A stretch of 64,000 nt of DNA, from NCBI GenBank assembly GCA_036785375.1, contig JAWMAR010000314.1, positions 1,550,001-1,614,000 of the forward strand, in the 5' to 3' direction. Positions 47,633 to 59,268 of this stretch are shown here, piece after piece. The position numbers were made by a program, and so were the translations under genes. Source of the DNA: Leucoraja ocellata. Its lineage: Eukaryota. The number at the start of each line of letters is the position of its first letter. Within the stretch, counting starts at the first letter, position 1. The notes below the pieces were generated by a model. That model had not been told where the DNA came from and made no database searches. It was given only the letters and a program-made list of their open reading frames with translations.

Positions 47633-48081
47633 GTTACAGTTACAGAGAAAGGTTGAACAAGTTAGGGCTTTATTCTTTGGAGCGCAGAAGGTTAAGGGGG
47701 GACTTGATAGAGGTTTTTAAAATGATGAGAGGGATAGACAGAGTTGACGTGGAAAAGCTTTTCCCACTGAGAGTAGGGAAGATTCAAACAAGGGGACATG
47801 ACTTGAGAATTAAGGGACTGAAGTTTAGGGGTAACATGAGGGGGAACTTCTTTACTCAGAGAGTGGTGGCTGTGTGGAATGAGCTTCCAGTGAAGGTGGT
47901 GGAGGCAGGTTCATTTTTATCATTTAAAAATAAATTGGATAGTTATATGGACGGGAAGGAAATGGAAGGTTATGTTCTGAGCGCAGGTATATGGGACCAG
48001 GGGAGAATACGTGTTTGGCACGGACTAGAAGGGTCGAGATGGCCTGTTTCTGTGCTGTAATTGTTATATGGTTATATGGTT
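47633..48081 (+). mobile_element. CR1-type LINE 3' fragment inserted into a V-SINE (47503-47632 / 48082-48205, minus)
   Basis: LNKLGLYSLERRRLRGDLIEVFKMMRGIDRVD..TRGH..NFFTQRVVAVWNELP; (GGTTATAT)n tail. Confidence 0.9.
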
Positions 48082-48906
48082 AAACTTGTAAGTCTTTAGG
48101 ATGTAGGAAGAAACCAGAGAACCAGTAGAAAACCCACACGGTCACAGGAAGAACGCGCAAACTTTGTACAGACAGCACCCATAGTCAGGATCAAACCCGT
48201 TTCATCGACCCTGTCACCAGTGGTGTGGGAGTAGCGGAGAGCTAACGAGACAGACACACACTTCTACCCGTCTATCCTCTGGGAAGCAATTTCCATCTAA
48301 TCTTGGCCGGAGTCCCAGCTGAAGGTGACGCATTATGCTGATGAAGATCAGTAGTTATAATTCAAGTGGCTGACATGCGAATCCTGATGCAATGTCATTA
48401 ACCAGAGGACCCCAGTCAATTTAATGTGCAACACGTTGGCTCCCGTTCACCAATTACCATGCAAATGAGCCCCGTGCTCACAGTCGGAATGGTCATGCTC
48501 CATTTTACATGGTGGCAACTTCATCGCTCATTAATCCACCTAACCTCTGGGACTTCCCAATTGTTAAAAAGCACCAGTATTACTTCATTAACTGCAGCAC
48601 GTCTGCAAGGAGAGATGCAATTTCACAACCGCGGGGGCCTCCCCTGAACAGTCCACCGCCGTGGGAGAAATCTTCAACCCATCCCCACTTGTAGAAGAGG
48701 CGGCCAATTTGCCCAAATGGAGAATCAGATAACAGAGAGATACCCTCGTTCAGTGATGTTGGTCTGGGGATCTACGGGCCAATGCACCAGTGCAGCTTGC
48801 CTTCACGTAGGTTTAAGGTAAGTGATGAGGGGATCTGAACAATAACTTTTTTCACTCTGAGGGTTGGGATCTCCACTGCCTGAGTAGGTGGTGGAGGCCA
48901 CGACTT

Positions 48907-49085
48907 GTAGAAATATAGAAACATAGAAAATAGGTGCAGGAGTAGGCCATTTGGCCCTTCGAGCCAGCACCGCCATTCAATATGATCATGGCTGATCATC
49001 CAAAATCAGTACCCCGTTCCTGCTTTCTCCCCATATCCCTTGTTTCCATTAGCCCAAAGACCTATATCTAACTCTCTCTTGAATG
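48907..49085 (-). mobile_element. CR1-type LINE 3' end
   Basis: ATAGAAACATAGAAAATAGGTGCAGGAGTAGGCC.. as in other copies. Confidence 0.85.
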
Positions 49086-49205
49086 CATCGCACAACATTT
49101 AAGCTGTGTCTAGATGAGCACTTCAATGCTAAAGCATGGAAGGCTTCGGACAAACTGTTGGTCAATGGGTTTAGTGTAGATGAGCGGCATAATGGTGCAG
49201 CAACG

Positions 49206-49390
49206 GGTGGCACGGTGGCGCAGCGGTAGAGTTACTGCCTTACATCGCCAGAGACCCGGGTCCAATCCTGATTACAGGTATTGTCTGTATGAAGTTTGTA
49301 TGTTCTCCCTGTGATTGCATGGATTTTCTCCTGGAGCTCTGGTTTCCTTCCACATTCCAAAAACTTACAGATTTGTAAGTAAATTGCCTT
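49206..49390 (+). mobile_element. HE1-type V-SINE 5' part
   Basis: GGGTGGCACGGTGGCGCAGCGGTAGAG head. Confidence 0.85.
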
Positions 49391-49394
49391 TGGG

Positions 49395-49690
49395 CAGGGC
49401 TGCCAACTGTCACGCTTTGAGCGTGAGACTCGCGCCCTCAAGCAAACTCTCACGCCCTCACGCTCATCAGCCATTTCTCACGCTCAGTGGTGAGAAATTT
49501 TGTGATCAACGAAAATTTAAAAACTCGGATAAACTGCATGGTCCGCAGGTGTTGGAGAGCCGGGGCTGCGGGAGGGATGGGAGCAGAACCAGCGGCGGGA
49601 ACAGATGCGGGGAGCCGGGACTAGTGAGTTTGCGGCGCTGTCGAGTGTTTGCGCGGCTAGCGAGTCGCTCGCTGCAGCTTTGGCCATGGA
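49395..49690 (+). mobile_element. Probable hAT-like non-autonomous element left end
   Basis: Begins CAGGGCTGCCAAC with subterminal CTCACGC repeats; CpG-rich; no right TIR found. Confidence 0.45.
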
Positions 49691-50055
49691 GCAGCCATGA
49701 TCATATTGAATGGCGGTGCTGGCTCGAAGGGCCAAATGGCCCACTCCTGCACCTATTCTCTATGTTTCTATGTTTCTGTGCTGTGCGACTTCCAAGCGTG
49801 TTCAAAATGGTCGCAGATAAGAGGAAATGGCCTTAGCTTAATGTCTCACCTTGAACTGGGCAGTGCTCCCTCAACATTGACTGCATCATCAGCCTAGACC
49901 TCGCCCATTAACATTACTTTCCACTTGTCATCCAAATATTATGTCGTGGTCACGATGGATGTTCATCAAGCTGTTCTGTGTAGACACACCTGCAGATCAC
50001 CCCTGGCCTTACGCCAAGCTATGTCCTGTTTTCTATTATGCTGTATCAGTTAAAT

Positions 50056-51948
50056 ATGGATGAACAGCGAGGTCAGGCTACTGCTGAAAGCACGGGACAC
50101 CGCTTTCAGGTCAGGCGATGCTCGAGCCTACAGTTCATCCAGCGCTAACCTGAAGAGGGGCATCAGGAAGGCCAAGCACTGCCATAAGCTCAGGATTGAG
50201 GAGCACTTCAACAACAAGTCCGACCCCCGACGCATGTGGCAAGGCATCCAGGCCATCACGGACTACAGACCCTCCAACATCACCCCCACATCCAGCGACG
50301 CCTCCTTCCTTGAGGAGCTTAATCACTTCTATGGCCGCTTCGACAGGGACAATCTAGAGACAGCCATCAAGGCTGTGCTACCTGCCGATCACCAACCCCT
50401 CACACTCACCACCTACGACGTGTACGTGGCACTGAGTAGGACTAATGCACGTAAGGCTGCTGGCACTGACGGCATCCCCGGGCGCGTGCTCAGGGCCTGT
50501 GCTGCGCAGCTGACAGACGTCTGGACTGACATCTTCAACCTGTCACTTGCCCAAGCAGTTGTCCCCACTTGCCTTAAAGCCACCTCCATCGTGCCAGTGC
50601 CAAAACACTCCACTGCGGCAAGCCTCAACGACTTCCGCCCAGTTGCACTTACCCCCATCATCACCAAGTGCTTCGAGAGGCTGGTCCTGGCACACCTCAA
50701 AAGCTGCCTACCCCCCACACTGGATCCCTATCAGTTTGCCTACCGCAAGAAGAGGAGTACGGAGGATGCCATCTCAACGGCACTTCACTCCGCCCTCTCC
50801 CACCTTGACAACAGAGACACTTATGTAAGAATGCTGTTCATCGATTACAGCTCAGCATTCAACACCATTATTCCATCAAAACTGATCACCAAACTCGGTA
50901 ACCTGGGCATCGACCCCTCCCTCTGCAACTGGATACTGGACTTTCTAACCAACAGACCCCAGTCTGTGAGGTTAGACAAGCACACCTCTTCAACCCTCAC
51001 CCTGAACACCGGTGTTCCTCAGGGCTGTGTGCTGAGCCCCCTCCTCTACTCCCTCTTCACCTATGACTGCACACCTGTACATGGTACTAACACCATCATC
51101 AAGTATGCAGATGATACAACGGTGATTGGCCTCATCAGCAACAACGATGAGCTGGCCTACAGGGAGGAGGTCCAGCACTTAGCAGCATGGTGCGCTGACA
51201 ACAACCTGGCCCTTAACTCCAAGAAGACCAAGGAGCTCATTGTAGACTTCAGGAAGTCCAGAGGCGGCACGCACACCCCCATCCACATTAACGGGACGGA
51301 GGTGGAACGTGTTTCTAGCTTCAGGTTCCTGGGAGTCAACATCTCCGATGACCTCTCTTGGACCCACAATACCTCTACTCTGATCAAGAAGGCTCATCAG
51401 CGTCTCTTCTTCCTGAGGAGACTGAAGAAGGTCCATCTGTCTCCTCAGATCCTGGTGAACTTCTACCGCTGCACCATCGAAAGCATCCTTACCAACTGCA
51501 TCACAGTATGGTATGGCAACTGCTCTGTCTCCGACCGGAAGGCACTGCAGAGAGTCGTGAAAATTGCCCAACGCATCACCGGTTCCACGCTCCCCTCCAT
51601 TGAGTCTGTCCAAAGCAAGCGCTGTCTGCGGAGGGCGCTCAGCATCGCCAAGGACTGCTCTCACCCCAACCATGGACTGTTTACCCTCCTACCATCCGGG
51701 AGGCGCTACAGGTCTCTCCGTTGCCGAACCAGCAGGTCGAGGAACAGGTTCTTTCCGGCGGCTGTCACTCTACTAAACAACGTACCTCGGTGACTGCCAA
51801 TCACCACCCCCCCCCCCCCGGACACTTATTATTTTTTTTATTCAAATCGTTTGCTATGTCGCTCTTCAAGGGAGATGCTAAATGCATTTCGTTGTCTCTG
51901 TACTGTACACTGACAATGACAATTAAAATTGAATCTGAATCTGAATCT
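50056..51948 (+). mobile_element. Rex-Babar LINE, 5'-truncated, probably young
   Basis: Uninterrupted RT ORF, short 3' UTR, (GAATCT)n tail. Confidence 0.93.
50060..51793 (+). CDS. Rex-Babar reverse transcriptase ORF (577 aa; APE domain absent through 5' truncation)
   Basis: [70 protein letters not shown]; no stops or frameshifts. Confidence 0.92.
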   Translation: MNSEVRLLLKARDTAFRSGDARAYSSSSANLKRGIRKAKHCHKLRIEEHFNNKSDPRRMWQGIQAITDYRPSNITPTSSDASFLEELNHFYGRFDRDNLETAIKAVLPADHQPLTLTTYDVYVALSRTNARKAAGTDGIPGRVLRACAAQLTDVWTDIFNLSLAQAVVPTCLKATSIVPVPKHSTAASLNDFRPVALTPIITKCFERLVLAHLKSCLPPTLDPYQFAYRKKRSTEDAISTALHSALSHLDNRDTYVRMLFIDYSSAFNTIIPSKLITKLGNLGIDPSLCNWILDFLTNRPQSVRLDKHTSSTLTLNTGVPQGCVLSPLLYSLFTYDCTPVHGTNTIIKYADDTTVIGLISNNDELAYREEVQHLAAWCADNNLALNSKKTKELIVDFRKSRGGTHTPIHINGTEVERVSSFRFLGVNISDDLSWTHNTSTLIKKAHQRLFFLRRLKKVHLSPQILVNFYRCTIESILTNCITVWYGNCSVSDRKALQRVVKIAQRITGSTLPSIESVQSKRCLRRALSIAKDCSHPNHGLFTLLPSGRRYRSLRCRTSRSRNRFFPAAVTLLNNVPR

Positions 51949-52215
51949 AAACAGCCTTTGATGGAGGGGTAGTCCACCTGTTGGCTCTAGCAGCTGCTCA
52001 CAGTCTTGTTATGTGTTCTCCATATTGGGGAATGTATTCCGGTCTCTTGCTTGCTTCTTCCTTTGGCTTCTCCTGCTCCTCAGCCATTGATGGGAGATGT
52101 GCGGTCGACAGTGAGAGGGGCTAGGCACCGTGCAGTTGGCCTCTCCTTGACCCAAGGTAATCACAAAGGGCAAGTAACCTCCAATTGACCTGTTTTGATA
52201 CATGCAGTTAGCCTC

Positions 52216-52461
52216 AGGGCCTGTCCCACTTGGGTGTCATTTGCGCATCACGCTGATGGCGCGTGAAGATTTTGTACATCCCAAAATCCTGGGGCGCCAC
52301 GTGCGACCGCGCATCACTGCCTATGTCACCACACACCATGCGCGCGTAATGCCCACCATGTGTGCATCAAATGCGCGTCATAACGTGCGCGTCGTGCGTT
52401 ATGACGTATAATTGATATCGCGTAAATTATGCGCAAATGACGCCCAAATTGGAAAGGCCCT
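52216..52461. mobile_element. Harbinger/PIF-like MITE, family D
   Basis: TIRs AGGGCCTGTCCCACTTGGGTGTCATTTGCGCAT / ATGCGCAAATGACGCCCAAATTGGAAAGGCCCT followed by TAA. Confidence 0.8.
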
Positions 52462-53199
52462 TAACTGATCCAAGGAGCAACACTATCCAATGGCTGTAAG
52501 GAGAACCCTTACATTAAACTGAGTGTCACGTTAGCAACGGAATAATAAACAGAGTATTTCATTAAGTTAGTTGGGAAGGGGAGTAAATTGGGTGTCAAAA
52601 CTTTGTCGGAAATGATATAAATGTGTACATCCAGAGACTGTGATGGTTTTCCATTGGTCATTGGGAATTTCCTGGTTGCCATGGTGGGCTTGCTACTGCT
52701 TTCATTATAATTGATACTTTATTATTACACGTGACGTGTCACTGTGAGATTCTTAGTTTTGCGTACACACGTATGCAAAGAGTGGCCACATAAAGGGCAT
52801 TGACAAAGTCACAAAGTATTCCATTTGATCTCCACCAGTCTCCCTTTGTTTCCGGCCCCCCCCCCCCCCCCCCCCGCCCACCCTACCCCCCTGCCCCCTT
52901 GTTCTCTCATGACAATAAACTAAACTAAACTTAATTAAACTAAAGACAAAATCCAGGCAGTGAGACAGAAAAATATAATTTGCAGGTCTTTCATTGCCAG
53001 GATTTCTCAGTTCATGATGAAATGTGGTTACACAAGTAGCTGCGAAGGCAGGCACGGCACCAAAGCAAGCGCAACATCATTCCTTCATTATATTTGTGAT
53101 GATGACTGAAATGACTTTGAACATCAATAAGGTAGTGCTGTTTTACGTCTATGTTTCAGTAATCCAAGGTTGAATTAACACGGGTAAGTCACTAGTTGA

Positions 53200-53490
53200 T
53201 GGGTGGCAGAGTGGTGCAGCGGTAGAGTTGCTTCCTTACAGTGCCAGGGACCTGGATGCGATCCTCACCACAGGTGCTGTCTGCATGGAGTTTGTATGTC
53301 CCCCCTGTGATCGCGTGAATTTTAACCGGTTTCCTCCCACACTCCAAAGACGTACAGGATTGCAGGTTAATTTGGCTTTGGTAATTGTACTTTGTCTCTG
53401 GTGTGTAGGATACTGCTAGTGAAGGGGGTGAATGCGGTCGGCGTGAACTAGTGGACCGAAGGGCCTGTTTCTGCGTTGTATCTCCAAAGT
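53200..53490 (+). mobile_element. HE1-type V-SINE
   Basis: Head, V-domain CCGGTTTCCTCCCACACTCCAAAGACG, 3' end. Confidence 0.85.
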
Positions 53491-53527
53491 GATGTCCCAG
53501 GTTGACATCAATAACGCCATGGGCTCA

Positions 53528-53838
53528 AAGCCCTGTGCCACTGTACGAGTTCATTCAAGAGTTCTCCCGAGTTTGCTCTGATTCAAACTCGGAGATTTAC
53601 GGTAATGGCTGCTCGGGGGTACTCGGGGCTCTCGTGGACATTTTTCAACACGTTGAAAATCTTCACGAGTCTTCCCGAGCTTACCGCGTTTCCCGAGTAC
53701 CTGCCGTTAGCGTTACGAGCCACTAAGAGACGTCCCCGAGCTCCGACGTACCCGCTACGTTCATTCTACGTGCTTACCACGATTTATTTTTAAACTCGGG
53801 AAAGCACTTGAATGAACTCGTACAGTGGGACAGGGCTT
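53528..53838. mobile_element. Harbinger/PIF-like MITE, family B
   Basis: TIRs AAGCCCTGTGCCACTGTACGAGTTCATTCAAG / CTTGAATGAACTCGTACAGTGGGACAGGGCTT; flanks TCA and TAA. Confidence 0.85.
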
Positions 53839-54444
53839 TAACTGAGCAGATGAGGGAGGCGTTGTAATGAAGAGCCATCTTGGACTCCCTGATTGAAATG
53901 GTCTCCATAATGCAGAAACTCTCCACACTCCAAGCACCAACACCAACATAGGACACTGGTAATAAATGGGGAGAGTCCAAATGAAGTATAATATTCTCTC
54001 ATTCTGGGCCATCTGCACTGATTATAGCACATCTGTGGAGCGATCCCAGATCCAGTTACTACAAAAACACTGTCCCTCCAAACATGTTGTATCACACGTG
54101 AAAAACTCACCTTCACATAAAACACACTTTTCTTGCAGGATCCCTGCTTTTCAGACGTAAACAGTTTCTGAAGGTTTGAGGGCTTTGATCTGCTATTCCA
54201 CAGATCCATTGTTGTGGTGAATGAGCTGAGAGCAGGGCACAGCACAATACGTGGATGAGATTGGCAAGCATCGTGTCGGAAGATGCACTGAAGGGCAAAC
54301 ATTTGAAGGCAATGACATGCGGACATTGAGCAACGTGAAACCCTCCATGCAACTCCAAGAGCAGTTCAGTTTATGCTTTTGCAACGTTATAACTTACACA
54401 GTAGAGCACAAGGATGAAGTGTAAGTGTTGGATTCACCTCACAA

Positions 54445-54592
54445 CTGGGTGCGCGGGTGGGAGATTGCAACCTTCACGTGGTCCGCCCTGTTTCAACGAA
54501 TGCAATCAACCTGGCATGCACAATCAAATGAGATCAAATGGAACAAGTTGTCCTACAACTTTAGGCTGTGCACGCAGTACGCAAGAAGAAAA
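54445..54592 (+). mobile_element. Possible Vingi/Ingi-like LINE 3' end
   Basis: Ends GCACGCAGTACGCAAGAAGAA, resembling ..ATACG.AAGAAG termini; family assignment is tentative. Confidence 0.3.
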
Positions 54593-54711
54593 TAACTGTG
54601 TGTGATCACTAGAGGTTTGAACACAAACAAGCTCAGCTGACTAACCGCATTACTGTTACTTTAAATTGCTCTGTAGAAAGGGGTCTCTTGGAGAACAGAT
54701 AACAACGAGCA

Positions 54712-55520
54712 AGGTTTTGCTGGAGTAGCTCAACGGGTCCCTGGAAAACATGGATAGTGACGTCTTGGGTTGAGACCCTTCTTCAGACTGATTGTAGTGG
54801 GGGGGGAGGAAGTGGGGGAAGAAAGCTGGAAGAGAGGAGGGCCAGGATAAAGCTGAGCAGGTGACGGGGGGGAGGTTTGCATAGGTAGATGGTTCAACAA
54901 ACGCCAGAGATGAAAAGACTAAAGGTGTGAGATNNNNNNNNNNNNNNNNNNNNNNNNNNNNNNNNNNNNNNNNNNNNNNNNNNNNNNNNNNNNNNNNNNN
55001 NNNNNNNNNNNNNNNNNNNNNNNNNNNNNNNNNNNNNNNNNNNNNNNNNNNNNNNNNNNNNNNNNNNNNNNNNNNNNNNNNNNNNNNNNNNNNNNNNNNN
55101 NNNNNNNNNNNNNNNNNNNNNNNNNNNNNNNAGATCCTTCGGCCCACCAAGTTTGCACTGACCAACAATCACCCATACGCTTGTGGTATCCGACACACTA
55201 GGGACAATTTACAGAAGCCAATTAATCTACAAACCTGCATGTCTTTGCAATGTGGGAGGAAACTCTGCACCTGGAGAAAACCCACGTGATCACACAGAGA
55301 ACGTGCAAACTCCGTTGTGAATGGTGAAGCCAGACAAAGGAATGTAGATGGAAGGGGAGGGAGAGGGGGTTGGGGGGGATGGTGGGTGTGCGCCCAGGTG
55401 GGGCCCAGTGAAGAGGGGGAGGGGTGGGGTGGAAGAAGGGGAAGCTAAAGTTACCTAAAATTGGAGGATTCAATGTTCACGCCATAAGCTACCCAAGTGG
55501 AATATGAGGCGCTGTTCCTC
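54712..55520 (-). mobile_element. Penelope-like 3' fragment spanning a gap, with nested V-SINE (55132-55313)
   Basis: Minus CAGTCTGAAGAAGGGTCTCAACCCAAGACGTC; GAGGAACAGCGCCTCATATTCCACTTGGG (EEQRLIFHLG) at ~55490-55520. Confidence 0.75.
54934..55131. other. Assembly gap
   Basis: Run of N. Confidence 1.
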
Positions 55521-55939
55521 AAAGTGCTTCATTTTACCAGGCAACCTTGGTCATCTTTTCCCCAGCCTCCTCCACGGTTGTGGGAGGGGAGCACGTGGTG
55601 GTGAGGTCTGGCGGGGCTCTGGGCCTTTGCAACCAGCCCTCTGTGCCGCAGTCTGCACCGCCATTGTTTCTACCGGTGACAAACCGACCTCAGGTCAGCA
55701 GCTCCCCACAAACGGCCAACTAATGTCAGCAGGAAGCCTGCTGTCTCCAACCACATGTACCCTGTACCCCTGTAGCCAGCATCCCTGCCCAATCTCCACA
55801 GGTGCCTGTGTACGCTGAGGAGGTTAGTAAGGTAGGGGCATGACTGACCCTGCACAGGAGAGACCTGTGAACCCTGACCTGCAGCCCTACTCCTGTGGGA
55901 GGGGATCTGCGCACACCTAGTATGTCAGTCACAGTGTTG

Positions 55940-56488
55940 TACTGACTAGTGATGGGTTGGATTTGATGAGCCAACTGTGCAGCGTTAATAGTCTAGCTCC
56001 AATCTCACCTGATCTGACTGCTTATCTCTCTCTGTGTCTACTGTGACCCTCTAACCCCTTCTTATCCATAACAGCCTATTGCACTTTATCTGTTTATTTA
56101 TGTGTGTGTATATATGTGGTCTATACTATATAACCATATAACCATATAACAATTACAGCACGGAAACAGGCCATCTCGACCCTTCTAGTCCGTGCCGAAT
56201 ACATAATCTCCCCTAGTCCCATATACCTGCGCTCAGACACATTGAACTGTTCTGTATTTATGCTTACTATACTCTGTTGTGCTGCAGCAAGCAAGAATTT
56301 CATTGTCCTATCTGGGACACATGACAATAAACTCTCTTGACTTGACGACTTATCTATATATTGGCCCAAGTGTCTTTTGACATTCAGAACTCAGAGAGAG
56401 AGATAGGCAGTCAGATCACGTGAGATTGGAGCTAAAACGTTAACTCTGCAAACTCGACTCATCATATTCAACCCATCACTAGCCAGTA
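55940..56488. repeat. ~95-bp inverted repeat (palindromic MITE-like relic) with younger LINE tails in the spacer
   Basis: 55940-56034 pairs with 56392-56488 (CTAGTGATGGGTTG..TAGCTCCAATCTCAC.TGATCTGACTGC.TATCTCTCTCT); spacer has a Rex-like (CTTGA)n tail and a CR1 tail. Confidence 0.8.
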
Positions 56489-57384
56489 GCCGAGGATTCT
56501 CCATAGTGAGGAGCCTCAAGATGGCAGGCCTGCTGTGCTTGATCATTCCTTCAGCCCAACAGCAGAGCCGAGCAGCTTGCAGTTGCAACACTGCATGGCT
56601 GTTGTGCCACATCAAGACAGATGCAGTGGAGGATGACCAATATACACGGCGTGATTTAGCATGGTAAGCACACGACAAAGTTTGCCTTCAATTTATCTCC
56701 TCGGAACAACCCTTGACGGCAGGTTGAAGGAGAAAATGCTTAAATAAATCATCCCTATTTAAGTGAAAGTGAATCAATTTTGTGAAGAAGATGGATGTCC
56801 AGGAGACTTCCTTATTGTGGGGACAGAGACAGTGAACAAGTCAGCTTTCCCCAAAGCCTCAACAACCTTTAGATGAGCTCATTCCAGTGATGATAATGAA
56901 ACTTCCACAAAGCCACTGCTCAGCACATTTGGAACGATGCTGCTCAATTCAAAATGCCGCCACATAAATTTCTCAACCGCCCTGCCAAACACACTCAATT
57001 ATTTCATCAATATTTGAGCTGGAGTGCTAAGTTTTAACAATTTATGATGACACCTTGCAAACAATTCCTGTATTAGCTTTTGAATGATGGCGGTGCTGTC
57101 TGCCTGCATTGTGTAGGCTGGGCTTGGAACTCTGGCTGGTTTGTATATGATGAAAAACTGGCTCTGTCTAGACTTCAGCTTGCATTGTGCACAGCAGACT
57201 TGCCTTCAAACTGAGAGTTACATCTGGCTGCATTGTACAGGTGGGGCCGGTACTTCAGCTTGCTGTGCTTGGGCAGTGCCTCCAAGTTGCATAGAATCGA
57301 CAAAGATCTTGCCAGGCTGCATAGTACAGACCAGGCCTTGGCTTCAAACTAGGCCTTGAGATCCACTGAAATGCAGTGACTGGG

Positions 57385-57742
57385 TATAGACACTAAATGC
57401 TGGAGTAACTCAGTGGGACAGGCAGCATCTCTGATGAGAACGAATGGGTCGAGAACCCTTCTTCAGACTGAAATTCAGGGGAGAGGGAGACACAGAGATA
57501 AGGAAGGGTAAGGTGTGAAAAGGAGACATCAAAGGGGATGAGGTTCAAGGAAAATATAGAATAGATCATTGTTAGCTAGGAGAAGGTGATAAAGATGCAT
57601 AAAATGTAATCAGGAGGACAGTCAGACTGGACAGAGAACTAGGAAGGGAGAGGGATGGAGCGAGAGGGAAAGCAAAGGTTGCATGAGGTTAGAGAAGTCA
57701 ATATTCATACCGCTGGAGTGTAAGCTGCCCAAGAGAAATATG
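57385..57742 (-). mobile_element. Penelope-like 3' fragment
   Basis: LIFLLGSLHSSGMNIDFSN-like C-terminus plus pLTR; perfect 10-bp TSD AGTGACTGGG at 57375-57384 and 57743-57752. Confidence 0.88.
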
Positions 57743-58973
57743 AGTGACTGGGACTTGGCTTCAAACTATCTTGACCTGGCGTGAGCCTTGATTTCAGCCC
57801 TTACACTTTGGCTGTTTTGTGCCTTGATATCAAGGTTTTTTGTGCAGTCTAGCCTTTGAATTCTGGACACACTGACTATGGACACTCCTTAATATCAGGC
57901 TGTGCCTTCACTTTAAGCTTCATGGTATAGGCAGTGCCTTGCATTGAGGCTGCACTTTACAGCTCGGTCTTTGACTAAGACTAGAGGAGAAAGGCTGGTC
58001 CATGACTTTGTTGAGGCCCCACATAGCATTGATTGGGCCCAGTTTCCAGGCTTCATTTGACATTTTAGGCCCAGTCTCAGCAATAAGGCTGCACTCAAGG
58101 TCCAGATATTTTCCCTTTGCGGTCCTGCTTTCAGGCCTATTGCTGGGACTGGACCTTGACTTCAGACTGCATTGTGCAGCCTGTAAAATACAACATAAAG
58201 ATCTGACTGCGCAGTGCAGCCTAAAGTCCCCATCTGGAGGCCTCAGGCTCTGTGGCACAGTCAGGGACCTCATGTCACCTGAATGTGCAGATGGGGTCAG
58301 GCTTTGGCTTCATGTTGTAATCTATAATCTAAACCTGGATATCATGGTCCATGAAGTGAAGGCCAGCCTGAGGTCCAAGAGGCTTGAAATGTCAAATGGA
58401 GCCTGAAAGCTGGGCCCAATCAATTCAGCCTGCATTGTGGTGGCTGAAACCAGGGCATGGCGTGTAAAATCCGCGCTGAGGATCCAGTGGTAGCCTGAGA
58501 TCCAGGCCCAACTTGTACGATGCAAAGGGAGGTGCAGACTCATCTGTGTAAGCCATCCTGGGGCAGACCGCAGTGAGGAGATACAGCATGAGGTGAAACT
58601 CCAGCCTGAAGGATGTGGATTAAAGTCACGCCCCAGCCTGTAAACGGCCAGACTGTAACATGCAACCCGAGACCAAGGCCTAACTCATAATGTGCAGCAG
58701 ATGACAAGGTCCAATGCTGCTGCAATGCAGACGGAAGTAAGGACCAATCCATGAAACCAAATCTGAACCCACTGTAGAACCCATATAATTGGTGTGAACA
58801 TAGGACCCTGCCTACATATGACAGCCTGATTTCAAAGTCAAACCTTCACAATACAGCATTATATGCAGTTACAGGCAGTAGTAAGTTGCCTAAAAACAGA
58901 CCAGGCTATGAAATCCAGCCTGGAATAAAGGCCCGAACTATAAAGAGGAACCTATAAATCAAGGGCCAGCAAG

Positions 58974-59268
58974 GTTTTGTTTAGTTTAGAGATACAGAGC
59001 GGAAACAGGCCCTTCACCCACCGAGTCCACCCCGATCCCCGCAGACTAACACTATCCTACACACACTTGGACAATTTACATTTATACCAAGCCAATTAAC
59101 CTACAAACCTGTGCGTCTTTAGAATATGGGAGGAAATCAGATATCCGGAGAAAACCCATGCAGGTCGCGGGGAGATGTAAAAACTTTGTACAGTCAGCAC
59201 CCGTAGTCAGGATCAAACCCGGGTGTCTGGTGCTATAAGGCAGCAACTCTACCGCTGCGCCACCGTGC
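58974..59268 (-). mobile_element. HE1-type V-SINE
   Basis: Tail, V-domain and head on the minus strand; another SINE head at 59782-59885. Confidence 0.88.
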
